Origin: a virus
Taxonomy: Duplodnaviria > Caudoviricetes
IMG/VR virus record: IMGVR_UViG_3300043449_000381
Coordinates: 1 to 58,316 of that record
Reading direction: 5' to 3' (one strand)
DNA length: 58,316 bases
The stretch's first letter is position 1; every line of letters starts with the position of its first letter. The translations under genes and the position numbers were made by a program. Positions 17,336 to 26,547 of this stretch are shown here, in pieces. The notes under the pieces were generated by a model. It was not told the origin of the DNA. It did no database searches and saw only the letters and a program-made list of their open reading frames with translations.

Positions 17336-17350
17336 CACAAGGAATATCAA

Positions 17351-17863
17351 ATGGCTATCTCCACATTTGACGGCCCGGTACGGTCGTTAAACGGTTTCTA
17401 CTCTCAAGGTCCGGGTAACATTCTTACCCTTGGCGCTACCGTCACTCTTTCGGTTGCCACTCACGCTGGTCATACTTTGCTGGTTCCGGCAACTTGCGCA
17501 ATCACGCTGCCGACTATCGTTACGACCGCTGATCCAACTTCTGCTGGTCCCGGCTCTGACCCCAATACTCAAAGCAACATTGGCGTTGCATTTAATTTGT
17601 TCTTCAATGCTATCTCTGCTGGCGCTACGGCTCAGACCATAACCTGCGGCGGTTCGGACAAATTTGTTGGCAGCTTGGGCGTTGTATCTACCGTCTCCAA
17701 CTTTTTTGCATCCGTAACCAGCACGGTCATCACCCTGAACGCAACCACCACTGGTGGCGCTGCTCGCGGTAGCCAGATCACTTTGGTTCCGTTGGCCGCT
17801 AACCTCTGGTCTGTTAATGGCGTTCTGGTTGGTTCTGGTACTGCTGCTACGCCGTTTAGTTAA
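17351..17863 (+). CDS. virion structural protein
   Basis: MAISTFDGPVRS..., T/G/A-rich, AAGGA RBS; GC hairpin with UUCG loop follows at about 17875-17891. Confidence 0.65.
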   Translation: MAISTFDGPVRSLNGFYSQGPGNILTLGATVTLSVATHAGHTLLVPATCAITLPTIVTTADPTSAGPGSDPNTQSNIGVAFNLFFNAISAGATAQTITCGGSDKFVGSLGVVSTVSNFFASVTSTVITLNATTTGGAARGSQITLVPLAANLWSVNGVLVGSGTAATPFS

Positions 17864-17917
17864 CCAATCTTCTTGGGGGGCTTCGGCCCCCTTCACTGAA
17901 CTTCAAGGAGATTGACC

Positions 17918-18442
17918 ATGCAAACAGATGTCTATTCGGGACACTTAAACAGTTCCGGATTCTTTATCAACTACCGCTCCCGCCTCAAGGGGATCATGTA
18001 CACGTCGTCCGCGACGGCTGGTACGATCAACATGTGGGATGTGACTGCTGCACCGACGGCAGCAGCGACTGGCTATTCACAGTCGGGGTACACGGTTACC
18101 GTCACTAGCGCATCTCATGGCTTGGTTACCGGAGACAAAATCGGTATTACGTTTGCCACCAACGCTGGTGTATCGGCGACCAACGGCAACTACGTTGTTA
18201 CTGTGAGCAGCTCCAGCGTGTTTACCATTACTGATGTGAACACAAGAACCATAACTAGCACGGCGTGTACGTTCTCCAATGCTGGTGGGCGTTGGCTGAT
18301 GTCGATAGATACGGCGGCATTGACGACTTCCGGTGTTCCACAGAACCAAACCTTGCTGATTCCGGGCGAAGGAATGATCTGTATCAACGGTATCTACGGG
18401 CAGCTTACCAACCAAACTGGCGTGACCATTTTCTACGGGTGA
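17918..18442 (+). CDS. virion structural protein
   Basis: T/S-rich, VTVTSASHGLVTGD beta-repeat, C-terminal IPGEG...TIFYG. Confidence 0.6.
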   Translation: MQTDVYSGHLNSSGFFINYRSRLKGIMYTSSATAGTINMWDVTAAPTAAATGYSQSGYTVTVTSASHGLVTGDKIGITFATNAGVSATNGNYVVTVSSSSVFTITDVNTRTITSTACTFSNAGGRWLMSIDTAALTTSGVPQNQTLLIPGEGMICINGIYGQLTNQTGVTIFYG

Positions 18443-18445
18443 TTT

Positions 18446-19198
18446 GTGCAAAATCAAAAAGGCTTTGACCTTGCTGGCAAGAAACTGATGATCGGCCTAC
18501 CGGCTTATGACCATAAGGTAGGCGTGAAAATGGCTGTGTCGCTGATGCGGCTCGGCCAACAAGTCTTGGAGCATGGCATCGAGATTCAGGTCAGCAGCAT
18601 CTGCGGCTGTTCTGTTGTGTCTCGCGCCCGAAATGTAATTGCACACAATTTCCTTGAGTCGGACTGTGACCACCTGCTGTTCATCGACTCGGACATGACC
18701 TTTGATCCGAAAGACGTTCTGCGTCTGTTGGCTTGGAATCAGACCCGTGGCATTGTGGCCGGTGCGTACGAAGCCCGTAAAGAGGGCAAGGTCTACATCC
18801 TGTCGCTTGACGGTGGCAACGGTGTTGACGGTGCGCAGAACTCGATTGCGATGGATGGTTGGGGTCTGGTCAAAGCCTATCGTGTAGCAACTGGTTTCAT
18901 GATGATCCAGCGTCAGGTGTTTGAAAAGCTTCGCGCCGCTCACCCGGAGTGGAAGCACCCGGACAACCTTGAAGACCGCATGCTGTACAGCTTCTTTGAC
19001 TTCAAGGTAACGCCGACGGGTTACGTTGGCGAGGACTTCTTGTTCTGCGACCGCGCTCGTGAGGTTGGTACAGATATCTGGGTTGACCCGACGATCAAGC
19101 TGGGTCACATGGGTATCCACGAGTACCAGAGCGACTTTGGCAAAGATGTGCTGTATCCGTCAATGGAGGCAGCGAAAACCATGAGCACGGCGGCATAA
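18446..19198 (+). CDS. GT-A fold glycosyltransferase
   Basis: SRARN, HLLFIDSD (DxD), ATGFMMI, GEDFLFC, LGH motifs. Confidence 0.8.
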   Translation: MQNQKGFDLAGKKLMIGLPAYDHKVGVKMAVSLMRLGQQVLEHGIEIQVSSICGCSVVSRARNVIAHNFLESDCDHLLFIDSDMTFDPKDVLRLLAWNQTRGIVAGAYEARKEGKVYILSLDGGNGVDGAQNSIAMDGWGLVKAYRVATGFMMIQRQVFEKLRAAHPEWKHPDNLEDRMLYSFFDFKVTPTGYVGEDFLFCDRAREVGTDIWVDPTIKLGHMGIHEYQSDFGKDVLYPSMEAAKTMSTAA

Positions 19199-19452
19199 TG
19201 GCTAAGACACCTGCATGGCAACGCAAAGAAGGCAAAAATCCTGCTGGTGGTTTGAACGCCAAAGGGAGAGCCTCCTACAATGCAGCCAATCCGGGCAAGC
19301 CGGGACTGAAACGTCCACAACCGGAAGGCGGAGCACGGAAGAAGTCGTTCTGCGCCCGTATGAGCGGGATGAAGAAGAAGCTGACTTCATCGAAGACAGC
19401 GAACGATCCGAATAGCCGCATCAACAAAAGCCTCCGGGCTTGGAACTGCTGA
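19198..19452 (+). CDS. small basic protein (DUF6321-like)
   Basis: GGLNAKGRASY...RKKSFCARM...SRINKSLRAWNC; family recalled, not searched. Confidence 0.6.
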   Translation: MAKTPAWQRKEGKNPAGGLNAKGRASYNAANPGKPGLKRPQPEGGARKKSFCARMSGMKKKLTSSKTANDPNSRINKSLRAWNC

Positions 19453-19459
19453 GGATATT

Positions 19460-20614
19460 ATGCCTAGCAAATCGGCCAAACAACATCGCTTCATGGAGGC
19501 GATAGCTCATAACCCCGCTTTCGCTAAGAAAGCTGGCGTACCTCAATCTGTCGGTAAAGAATTCGCCGCTGCCGACAAAGGCAAGAAGTTTGTTCGCGGC
19601 GGCATCAACAAGCAGGACACGCATCACGGCAAGATTGATATGCCGTTCAACAAACTGAACCGGTACGCCGGAATGAAATCTGGAGGTTTTATGAAAAAGA
19701 AAGTCCGTAAGTTTAACGAAGGGGATCGTGTATATGCGGAAGATGCCGGTATCACTGGTCGTGGTGATGAAAAAGTTGAAGATCAGTACCGCGATAGCAC
19801 CGGTGCAGGTGCTGATACCTACGCTGAACCCCAGAAATCTGTAAAAACAGACGAGGGTCCCCAAGGCAAATTGGAAGACCTGAAAACACCAGCAAAAGCT
19901 AAACCCAAAAAAGACAAATTTGTCAGTAATAAAGGTGGGGCAGCTACTGGTGCTCCCGCTCGTGGGCAAATTGCGCGTCTGGCCGAAAAGTCTCGTTCCA
20001 TGACCGACGAGCAAAAAGAAGAAGCTGGTAAGCGTACCGGTATGGCGCTCGCTTCGTTTGCTGCTGGTCCTGCTGCTGGTCGTGTTGGTCAGGGATTGAT
20101 GGCTGCACGTCGTATTCGTCAAGCCCGTGAAGCAATGAAAGCTGGTGAAGCTACGCCTCGTGGTTTTGAAAAGATGTCGCTGTCCGAGCGTGCCGCAGCA
20201 ACCGGTGGTATGAAAAAAGGTGGCAACGTCAAACGGTTTGCCAAAGGCGGCATGACCAAAGGCGGGGACAAAAAACTGCCTACGGGCAAACAGATGGGGA
20301 ATCTAAACATGAAAGCTGGCGGAATGAAAGAATCCAAGGCGATGGTTGGCAAGGAAGTGGCCTTTATGAAGAAAAAGGGCGCTCCCAAGTCAATGATTCG
20401 GCACGAAGCTGCTGAGATGGGCGCGATGAAAAAAGGCGGTATGGCCAAGTACGCTCGTGGCGGTGGTATTGAGTCTCGTGGCAAAACCAAAGGCACGATC
20501 ATCAAGATGGCGGCTGGTGGTCTGGCTGGTGGTCACAAGTCGGCTGACGGTATTGCTCAACGGGGCAAGACCAAGGCCATGCAGGTCAAAATGAACAAAG
20601 GCGGGTACTGCTAA
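19460..20614 (+). CDS. K/G/M-rich protein with ten [MFY]xxGG repeats
   Basis: MPSKSAKQHRFM start; FVRGG, MKSGG, MKKGG x2, FAKGG, MTKGG, MKAGG, YARGG, MAAGG, MNKGG. Confidence 0.75.
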   Translation: MPSKSAKQHRFMEAIAHNPAFAKKAGVPQSVGKEFAAADKGKKFVRGGINKQDTHHGKIDMPFNKLNRYAGMKSGGFMKKKVRKFNEGDRVYAEDAGITGRGDEKVEDQYRDSTGAGADTYAEPQKSVKTDEGPQGKLEDLKTPAKAKPKKDKFVSNKGGAATGAPARGQIARLAEKSRSMTDEQKEEAGKRTGMALASFAAGPAAGRVGQGLMAARRIRQAREAMKAGEATPRGFEKMSLSERAAATGGMKKGGNVKRFAKGGMTKGGDKKLPTGKQMGNLNMKAGGMKESKAMVGKEVAFMKKKGAPKSMIRHEAAEMGAMKKGGMAKYARGGGIESRGKTKGTIIKMAAGGLAGGHKSADGIAQRGKTKAMQVKMNKGGYC

Positions 20615-20896
20615 ATGCGCCCCTCACGCGGAATGGGGGCAATCGCCCCCTCCAAGATGCCGAAGGCTAGAACCATCAGGCGGAAAGACAATCCGCAGGA
20701 TGTGACTGTGTACGCCGAAGGCGGCAAGGTGAGCCGCGTGAATGAAGCTGGCAACTACACCAAACCGGGCATGCGCAAGTCGTTGTTCAACCGAATCAAA
20801 TCGGGCGGCAAGGGTGGTGATCCGGGGCAGTGGTCTGCGCGTAAAGCACAGATGCTGGCGTTGCAGTACAAGAAGTCTGGCGGGGGGTATAAGTGA
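20615..20896 (+). CDS. basic protein, DUF5872 N-terminal-half-like
   Basis: YTKP...GGKGGDPGQWSARKAQML...YKKSGGGY. Confidence 0.6.
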   Translation: MRPSRGMGAIAPSKMPKARTIRRKDNPQDVTVYAEGGKVSRVNEAGNYTKPGMRKSLFNRIKSGGKGGDPGQWSARKAQMLALQYKKSGGGYK

Positions 20897-21150
20897 GTGG
20901 ACTCGCCAAACCGCAAGCCAGCCTCAAAGCGTGGACACAGCAAAAGTGGCGCACGAAAAGCGGCAAACCCTCTACGCAAGGGAGCAAAGCAACGGGAGAG
21001 CGTTACCTCCCCGAAGCCGCCATCAAAGCACTCTCCCCGCAAGAGTACGCCGCCAGCACCCGTGCCAAACGAGCCGGTAAAGCAGCAGGAAAACAGTTTG
21101 TACCGCAACCTAAAGGCGTGGCTAAGAAAACTGCTGCGTATAGGAAATAA
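20893..21150 (+). CDS. basic protein, DUF5872 C-terminal-half-like
   Basis: QASLKAWTQQKW...ERYLP...LSPQEY...KQFV; GTGA overlap with the upstream ORF. Confidence 0.6.
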   Translation: MSGLAKPQASLKAWTQQKWRTKSGKPSTQGSKATGERYLPEAAIKALSPQEYAASTRAKRAGKAAGKQFVPQPKGVAKKTAAYRK

Positions 21151-21153
21151 GTA

Positions 21154-21894
21154 ATGGCTACGTTACCGTTCAAGACAACTGATACGTACGACTTCAACCT
21201 AGACCTGAACAATCTGGTTGAAGAAGCCTTTGAGCGCTGCGGACAAGAGCTGCGCTCAGGTTACGACATGCGTACGGCACGGCGGTCGCTGAACCTGATG
21301 ACGATGGAATGGGCCAACCGTGGTATCAACCTGTGGACGGTGGAGCAGGGTGAAATTACGCTGGAATACACCGATCCGCCTACGATTACGTACAACTTGC
21401 CGGTAGATACGGTTGATTTATTGGATCACGTGATCCGCACGGGTACAGGGCAGAATCAGACTGACATCAACATCAGTCGGATCAGTGAGTCTACCTACGC
21501 CATGATCCCCAATAAAAACGCTACTGGACGCCCGATCCAAGTGTGGATTCAGCGTTTGTCGGGTGCGCGGGATGCTGCGGGCGATTTGGTTCATCCCAAA
21601 ATCCATGTCTGGCCGACGCCGGATAGCAGCCAGACTTACACGTTTGTCTATTGGCGGCTGCGCCGTATTCAGGATGCCGGTAACGGTATCAACGGCCAAG
21701 ATGTCCCTTTCCGATTTTTGCCGTGCATGGTGGCGGGTTTGGCTTTTCACCTGTCCATGAAATTGCCGGGGGTTGACCCGAGCCGGATCGGAATGCTTAA
21801 AGCTGAGTATGCGGAGCAGTGGGAGTTGGCAGCTACGGAGGACCGGGAAAAGGCCCCGGATCGGTTTGTACCGCGTGAACAGTTTATTGGATAA
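21154..21894 (+). CDS. putative head-tail adaptor/structural protein
   Basis: ARRSLN...WANRG, WPTPD, PFRFLPCMVAGLA motifs typical of podovirus adaptors; late operon. Confidence 0.55.
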   Translation: MATLPFKTTDTYDFNLDLNNLVEEAFERCGQELRSGYDMRTARRSLNLMTMEWANRGINLWTVEQGEITLEYTDPPTITYNLPVDTVDLLDHVIRTGTGQNQTDINISRISESTYAMIPNKNATGRPIQVWIQRLSGARDAAGDLVHPKIHVWPTPDSSQTYTFVYWRLRRIQDAGNGINGQDVPFRFLPCMVAGLAFHLSMKLPGVDPSRIGMLKAEYAEQWELAATEDREKAPDRFVPREQFIG

Positions 21895-21896
21895 CC

Positions 21897-22322
21897 ATGC
21901 CAAACAGATTCTCGTCTGGCAAAAATGCAATTGCGGAGTGCGACCGGTGCGGATTTCGGTACAAGCTCAAGCAGTTGAAGAATTTGATCATCAAGACCAA
22001 AAATGTAAACATTATGGTCTGTCCCACATGTTGGGAGCCTGACCAGCCGCAGTTGTCGTTGGGTCTGTATCCGGTCAATGATCCACAGGCAGTTCGTAAC
22101 CCAAGGCCGGATGTGAGCTATGTAACCTCGGGTAACAGCGGGTTGCAGATTGCACTTAGTGGCGACGGGCCTTTGGGTAGCGGTACACCAGAGGGCGGTA
22201 GTAGAATCATCCAGTGGGGCTGGAATCCGGTGGGTGGTGCAAGAGGCATCGACGCAGGGTTCACGCCAAACAATTTGGCGTTTACGATTGCGATTGGCAG
22301 CGTAACAGTAGTGACTTCATAG
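21897..22322 (+). CDS. CxxC-CxxC zinc-binding hypothetical protein
   Basis: CDRC...CPTC, PQAVRNPRP. Confidence 0.65.
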   Translation: MPNRFSSGKNAIAECDRCGFRYKLKQLKNLIIKTKNVNIMVCPTCWEPDQPQLSLGLYPVNDPQAVRNPRPDVSYVTSGNSGLQIALSGDGPLGSGTPEGGSRIIQWGWNPVGGARGIDAGFTPNNLAFTIAIGSVTVVTS

Positions 22323-22331
22323 GAGTAGAAA

Positions 22332-22484
22332 ATGGATACCAAACAGGTCAAAAAAATTGCAGACAAAGAAGTCAAACTGCATGAGAAGCGTCTGCACGGC
22401 ATGAAAAAAGGCGGCGTGACCAGCATGGCTATGCGCAAGGTTGGTCGCAACATGGCGCGTGTGAATAACCAGCGGAGCCGATAA
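22332..22484 (+). CDS. 50-aa basic protein with MKKGG motif
   Basis: Manual translation MDTKQVKKIADKEVKLHEKRLHGMKKGGVTS...; AGGAG RBS; TAATG coupling. Confidence 0.7.
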   Translation: MDTKQVKKIADKEVKLHEKRLHGMKKGGVTSMAMRKVGRNMARVNNQRSR

Positions 22485-22681
22485 TGAACTCCAACGACAA
22501 GTTTGACTTCTTCCCGGCTGATACTGCCAACCCGATTGGCAAGTACACGCAGCCGCGTCCCAACACCAACGCTATGCCTCCGGGTGCTGGTTATCCTGAC
22601 ACAGCCAAGACCTCTGGTATTGTGGTTCGTGGCGGTAAAGCTCAGACCAAAGGCAAAATGGCCCGTGGGCCGATGGGCTAA
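22484..22681 (+). CDS. small basic hypothetical protein
   Basis: 65 aa ending GIVVRGGKAQTKGKMARGPMG. Confidence 0.65.
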   Translation: MNSNDKFDFFPADTANPIGKYTQPRPNTNAMPPGAGYPDTAKTSGIVVRGGKAQTKGKMARGPMG

Positions 22682-22683
22682 AC

Positions 22684-23403
22684 ATGAACTACAGTACGCT
22701 GTTCACAACGATCAAGGGTTACCTTGAGAACGACTTTCCATCTGTAGCCTTTTCGGATACGGATGGCTCAAGCACGTCCACCTTTACCAGTCCTGAGCAG
22801 ATCAACACGTTCATCACTCAGGCTGAACAGCGTATTTTCAACACAGTTCAGTTCCCGTCCCTGCGTAAAAACGTAACCGGAACCACTTCCGCAAACAACA
22901 AATATCTGTCCTGCCCTGAAGACTTTTTGGCGGTGTACTCAATGGCCGTCATTGATGACGATGGGGCATATTCGTATTTGTTGAATAAAGATGTGAACTT
23001 CATACGTGAGGCGTATCCAACCCCAACGGATACAGGCATACCTGCGTACTACGCCCTGTTTGGGCCGACCGTATCTTCTTCGCTAGTTATCAGTAATGAG
23101 TTGTCTTTCCTGCTTGGCCCGACCCCCGATGCTATTTACTCTGTGGAACTGCATTATTTCTACTACCCAGAGAGCATCACAACTGCATCCAGCGGCCAAA
23201 GCTGGCTGGGTGATAATTTTGATAGCGTGTTGCTTTATGGCTCGCTCGTAGAAGGCTACACTTTCATGAAGGGTGAGGCTGACTTGATCACCGCCTACAA
23301 CACCAAGTACATGGAAGCAATGTCGATGGCCAAGCGTCTGGGCGACGGCATGGAGCGTCAAGACGCGTACCGCAGCGGTCAGTACCGCCAGAAGGTGACC
23401 TGA
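22684..23403 (+). CDS. putative head-tail adaptor protein
   Basis: MNYSTL...FITQAEQRI, LGPTPD, LLYGSLVEGY pattern. Confidence 0.6.
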   Translation: MNYSTLFTTIKGYLENDFPSVAFSDTDGSSTSTFTSPEQINTFITQAEQRIFNTVQFPSLRKNVTGTTSANNKYLSCPEDFLAVYSMAVIDDDGAYSYLLNKDVNFIREAYPTPTDTGIPAYYALFGPTVSSSLVISNELSFLLGPTPDAIYSVELHYFYYPESITTASSGQSWLGDNFDSVLLYGSLVEGYTFMKGEADLITAYNTKYMEAMSMAKRLGDGMERQDAYRSGQYRQKVT

Positions 23404-23840
23404 TGGCTTTCACCGGCAACTACGCCACCAACACCTACAAGAACGGGCTGAATACCGCTACGTTCAATCTTGGCACGGGCACGACGCAGGTATTTAAGAT
23501 CGCGCTGTACACAAATACGGCTACTTTGGACGCAACCACCACGGCGTATGACGCTACCGGTGAAGTGTCTGCTACGGGTTACACGGCGGGTGGTGAAACG
23601 CTAACGGTCAGCCAAGTGCCAACGGTTGGTGCATCTGGTACGACTTCATATTACTCGTTCTCCAACGTCAGCTGGTCTGGTTCGTTCACAGCGCGTGGCG
23701 CGTTGATTTACAAGTACGACGGTTCTGACAACCCAGCCATGATCGTGTTGGACTTTGGTAACGACAAGACCTCGACCGGCACGTTCCAAGTGCAGTTCCC
23801 GACCGCAGATAACACAAACGCAATCGTGAGGATATCGTGA
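23403..23840 (+). CDS. tail/fibre-base structural protein
   Basis: FKIALYT...GEVSATGYTAGG; paralog of 24040..24531. Confidence 0.6.
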   Translation: MAFTGNYATNTYKNGLNTATFNLGTGTTQVFKIALYTNTATLDATTTAYDATGEVSATGYTAGGETLTVSQVPTVGASGTTSYYSFSNVSWSGSFTARGALIYKYDGSDNPAMIVLDFGNDKTSTGTFQVQFPTADNTNAIVRIS

Positions 23841-24028
23841 TCGTAACGACCACCAAAGGCGAGATGGATGAGTCCCTGCTGGAGAAGCGTGAAGGTTCTG
23901 TAGACAACGACAACGAATTGACCACTTGGGTTGAGTATTGGCTTGATGGCGAGATGGTCCATCGTTCGGCGCATGTGACGCTGAAGAAGCCTGTTAATTT
24001 TGGCGGCGAAACCGCCGTCTTTGGTTAA
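23837..24028 (+). CDS. small hypothetical protein
   Basis: 63 aa, WVEYWLDGEMVHRS; GTGA coupling. Confidence 0.65.
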   Translation: MIVTTTKGEMDESLLEKREGSVDNDNELTTWVEYWLDGEMVHRSAHVTLKKPVNFGGETAVFG

Positions 24029-24039
24029 GGAGAATTTAA

Positions 24040-24531
24040 GTGGCAAACACCCAATCAATGTGCACGAGCTTTATGAGTGAGCTTATGCTTGGTCAACACC
24101 AGCTCGGCACTTCAACCATTGTGTCTCGTGGTAGCTTGACTGCCCCAGCTACAGACACGCTTAAAGCGGCTTTGTATTTGGCATCAGCAACAATGAACGC
24201 TTCCGCCACTGTTTACACGCCGACTGGTGAAGTATCTGGTACTGGTTATACGGCTGGCGGCGTTACGGTAACGAATGCCACGGCTCCAACTTCAACTAAC
24301 ACTTCAGCAACTGCTGGCGTAGCGTTTTTTACTCCTTCAGCTTCAATTACCTATACCACAGTAACATTGTCTACGGCTTTTGACGCAATGTTGTTGTACA
24401 ACTCAACCCAAAGTAACAAGGCTATCAGTGTCCACACGTTTGGTGCACAGACCATCACGGCGGGTACATTTACACTGACCATGCCGACCAACGACACCAC
24501 GAACGCGCTGCTGCGTCTCTCGACCACCTAA
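24040..24531 (+). CDS. tail/fibre-base structural protein
   Basis: LKAALY...GEVSGTGYTAGG; paralog of 23403..23840. Confidence 0.6.
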   Translation: MANTQSMCTSFMSELMLGQHQLGTSTIVSRGSLTAPATDTLKAALYLASATMNASATVYTPTGEVSGTGYTAGGVTVTNATAPTSTNTSATAGVAFFTPSASITYTTVTLSTAFDAMLLYNSTQSNKAISVHTFGAQTITAGTFTLTMPTNDTTNALLRLSTT

Positions 24532-24558
24532 TTGGAGCGCGGCACTGCCGCGTAAATT

Positions 24559-25089
24559 ATGTTCGGGACATCCGCATTTGCACAAGCGCCGTTTGCGTCA
24601 TTAGGCGATGTAGCAGTCACTGTTGCTCTTACAGGAAATGCGGCTAGTGGTGCTGTAGGTGTAGTTGTTGGCGGTCAACCGTTAACTGGTGTTGTAGCAA
24701 GTGGCGCGGTAGGTACGGTTGCGTTTATAAAAGCGTTTGCGCTAAGTGGTGTTGATGCAGTAGGTGCGGTAGGTTCAGTAGTAACCAGCCAGCCAGAAAC
24801 TGGCGACTCGGCAATAGGTTTAGTAGGCGCAGTTGGCGTTTCAGTTGAGCTTGTTTTGACTGGTGTTGGTGGTTCTGGAGCAGTCAATACGCCTATTGGT
24901 GGTCAACCTATAACTGGGGTGTTTGCAACAGGCAGCGTTGGATCAGTTGTTGCGGTGTACTGGAAGTTAATTGATGACTCACAGAATGCAGATTGGCAAC
25001 TGTTTGATAGCACAACAAGTGCCGGTTGGAATGAGATTACTAGTGATGTGGCGGCTGGTTGGACGTTAGTCGATACCACTTATCCGTAA
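24559..25089 (+). CDS. G/V/A-repeat structural protein
   Basis: MFGTSAFAQAPFA start, repeated LTGxxAxGAVG units, W-spaced C-terminus. Confidence 0.6.
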   Translation: MFGTSAFAQAPFASLGDVAVTVALTGNAASGAVGVVVGGQPLTGVVASGAVGTVAFIKAFALSGVDAVGAVGSVVTSQPETGDSAIGLVGAVGVSVELVLTGVGGSGAVNTPIGGQPITGVFATGSVGSVVAVYWKLIDDSQNADWQLFDSTTSAGWNEITSDVAAGWTLVDTTYP

Positions 25090-25098
25090 GGGCAAAAC

Positions 25099-25578
25099 AT
25101 GGCTTTGATTCTTGCAGACCGAGTAAAGGATTCGACGACTACGTCGAGTACAGGCACGGTCACGCTCAGTGGAACTGCCCCAACCGGATATCAAAACTTT
25201 TCGGTTATTGGTAACGGCAACACGACTTACTACACCATTGCCCACCAGACTGCGGCTGAATGGGAAGTAGGTATTGGAACGTACGCAACGTCTGGGCCAA
25301 CGCTTGCCAGAACGACGGTTTTGTCTTCCAGCAACTCCGGCAGCTTGGTCAATTTTAGTGCTGGAACCAAAGACGTATTTGTATCCGCTCCGGCTGAAAC
25401 GTACGTTCAGGGTCTTGGCGGCGGAACCAGCACTCAGGCAATCATTTTGAACGGCACGACAGCTTCGGTATCTGGCACGATTGCTACTGGGACAAATGGA
25501 CATTCTGTTGGGCCGATCACAATAGCAAGTGGTGTGTCGATTACCGTGGCATCTGGTCAGCGTTGGCTGGTGCTGTAA
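25099..25578 (+). CDS. tail fibre subunit
   Basis: MALILADRVK..., WEVGIGT, C-terminal HSVGPITIASG...W. Confidence 0.6.
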   Translation: MALILADRVKDSTTTSSTGTVTLSGTAPTGYQNFSVIGNGNTTYYTIAHQTAAEWEVGIGTYATSGPTLARTTVLSSSNSGSLVNFSAGTKDVFVSAPAETYVQGLGGGTSTQAIILNGTTASVSGTIATGTNGHSVGPITIASGVSITVASGQRWLVL

Positions 25579-25593
25579 AACTAAGGACAGGCT

Positions 25594-26538
25594 ATGTCAG
25601 TCACATACTCAACCAATCTAGCACTGAACATTATCGGTGACGGCACAGAAGCCGGAACATGGGGCGGTCTTACCAACACCAACATTGGCACATTGCTGGA
25701 ACAGGCAATCAGCGGGTACTACACCAACGCCCTGACTGGAACGTCGTCGTCCTTGACCATGACTTCTGGCGCAAGCGCCATTCCGCGCAATATGTATCTT
25801 GAGCTGACCGGAACGCTGTCGGCCACCCATACGCTTACCATTCCGACCAACTCCAAGCTGTACTTTATCTACAACAACACCAAGCAAGTAATTGCGTTGT
25901 CTTCGTTGGTCCGTGCAAGTAACGTCGTTACGGCTACGACATCGTCTTCAATTACTGGTTTGATCCAACCCGGCGATAGCATAACAATAGCCAGCGTAAC
26001 CACTAGTGCTTTCAACGGCACTTTTACCGTGTCTACGGTTCCATCTAGCACAACATTTACTTACGCTCAAAGCGGCGCTAATGACACTGCAACGATTGGC
26101 TCTGGAACAACCACAGCTTCTGGATTTAGCGTAACCCTGACTACAGGTAGCGGAACGACAACAGCGGTTCCGCCTAGACTTAAATCTTTGCTGGTTGTGG
26201 ACAATAGCGGCAATGTCAATACGGCAGTGAATGCTGGCGCGACACTGTCAAACGACACTGCTACGGCAACAAACTTGTACCCGCTGTTTGCAGATGCTAC
26301 GTCTGGCTCGGCCAATACCATCTACACCAGCAATTCTAACTATCTGTACAAGCCCAGCACTGGCGAGTTGTCTGCAAAACAAGTTACAGCTTCCAACGGA
26401 TTCTTTGTCAACAGTAACGCTGTAAATGCTAACTACACTGTGGCTACTAACTACAACGCGCATTCTGTTGGTCCGATTACCATTTCTTCAGGCATAACTG
26501 TCACAGTAGCTAGTGGCGCTGTCTGGATTGTTCTTTAA
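25594..26538 (+). CDS. tail fibre subunit
   Basis: GTWGGLTN N-terminus, T/S-rich, same HSVGPITI...W C-terminus. Confidence 0.6.
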   Translation: MSVTYSTNLALNIIGDGTEAGTWGGLTNTNIGTLLEQAISGYYTNALTGTSSSLTMTSGASAIPRNMYLELTGTLSATHTLTIPTNSKLYFIYNNTKQVIALSSLVRASNVVTATTSSSITGLIQPGDSITIASVTTSAFNGTFTVSTVPSSTTFTYAQSGANDTATIGSGTTTASGFSVTLTTGSGTTTAVPPRLKSLLVVDNSGNVNTAVNAGATLSNDTATATNLYPLFADATSGSANTIYTSNSNYLYKPSTGELSAKQVTASNGFFVNSNAVNANYTVATNYNAHSVGPITISSGITVTVASGAVWIVL

Positions 26539-26547
26539 GGAGTCCTC

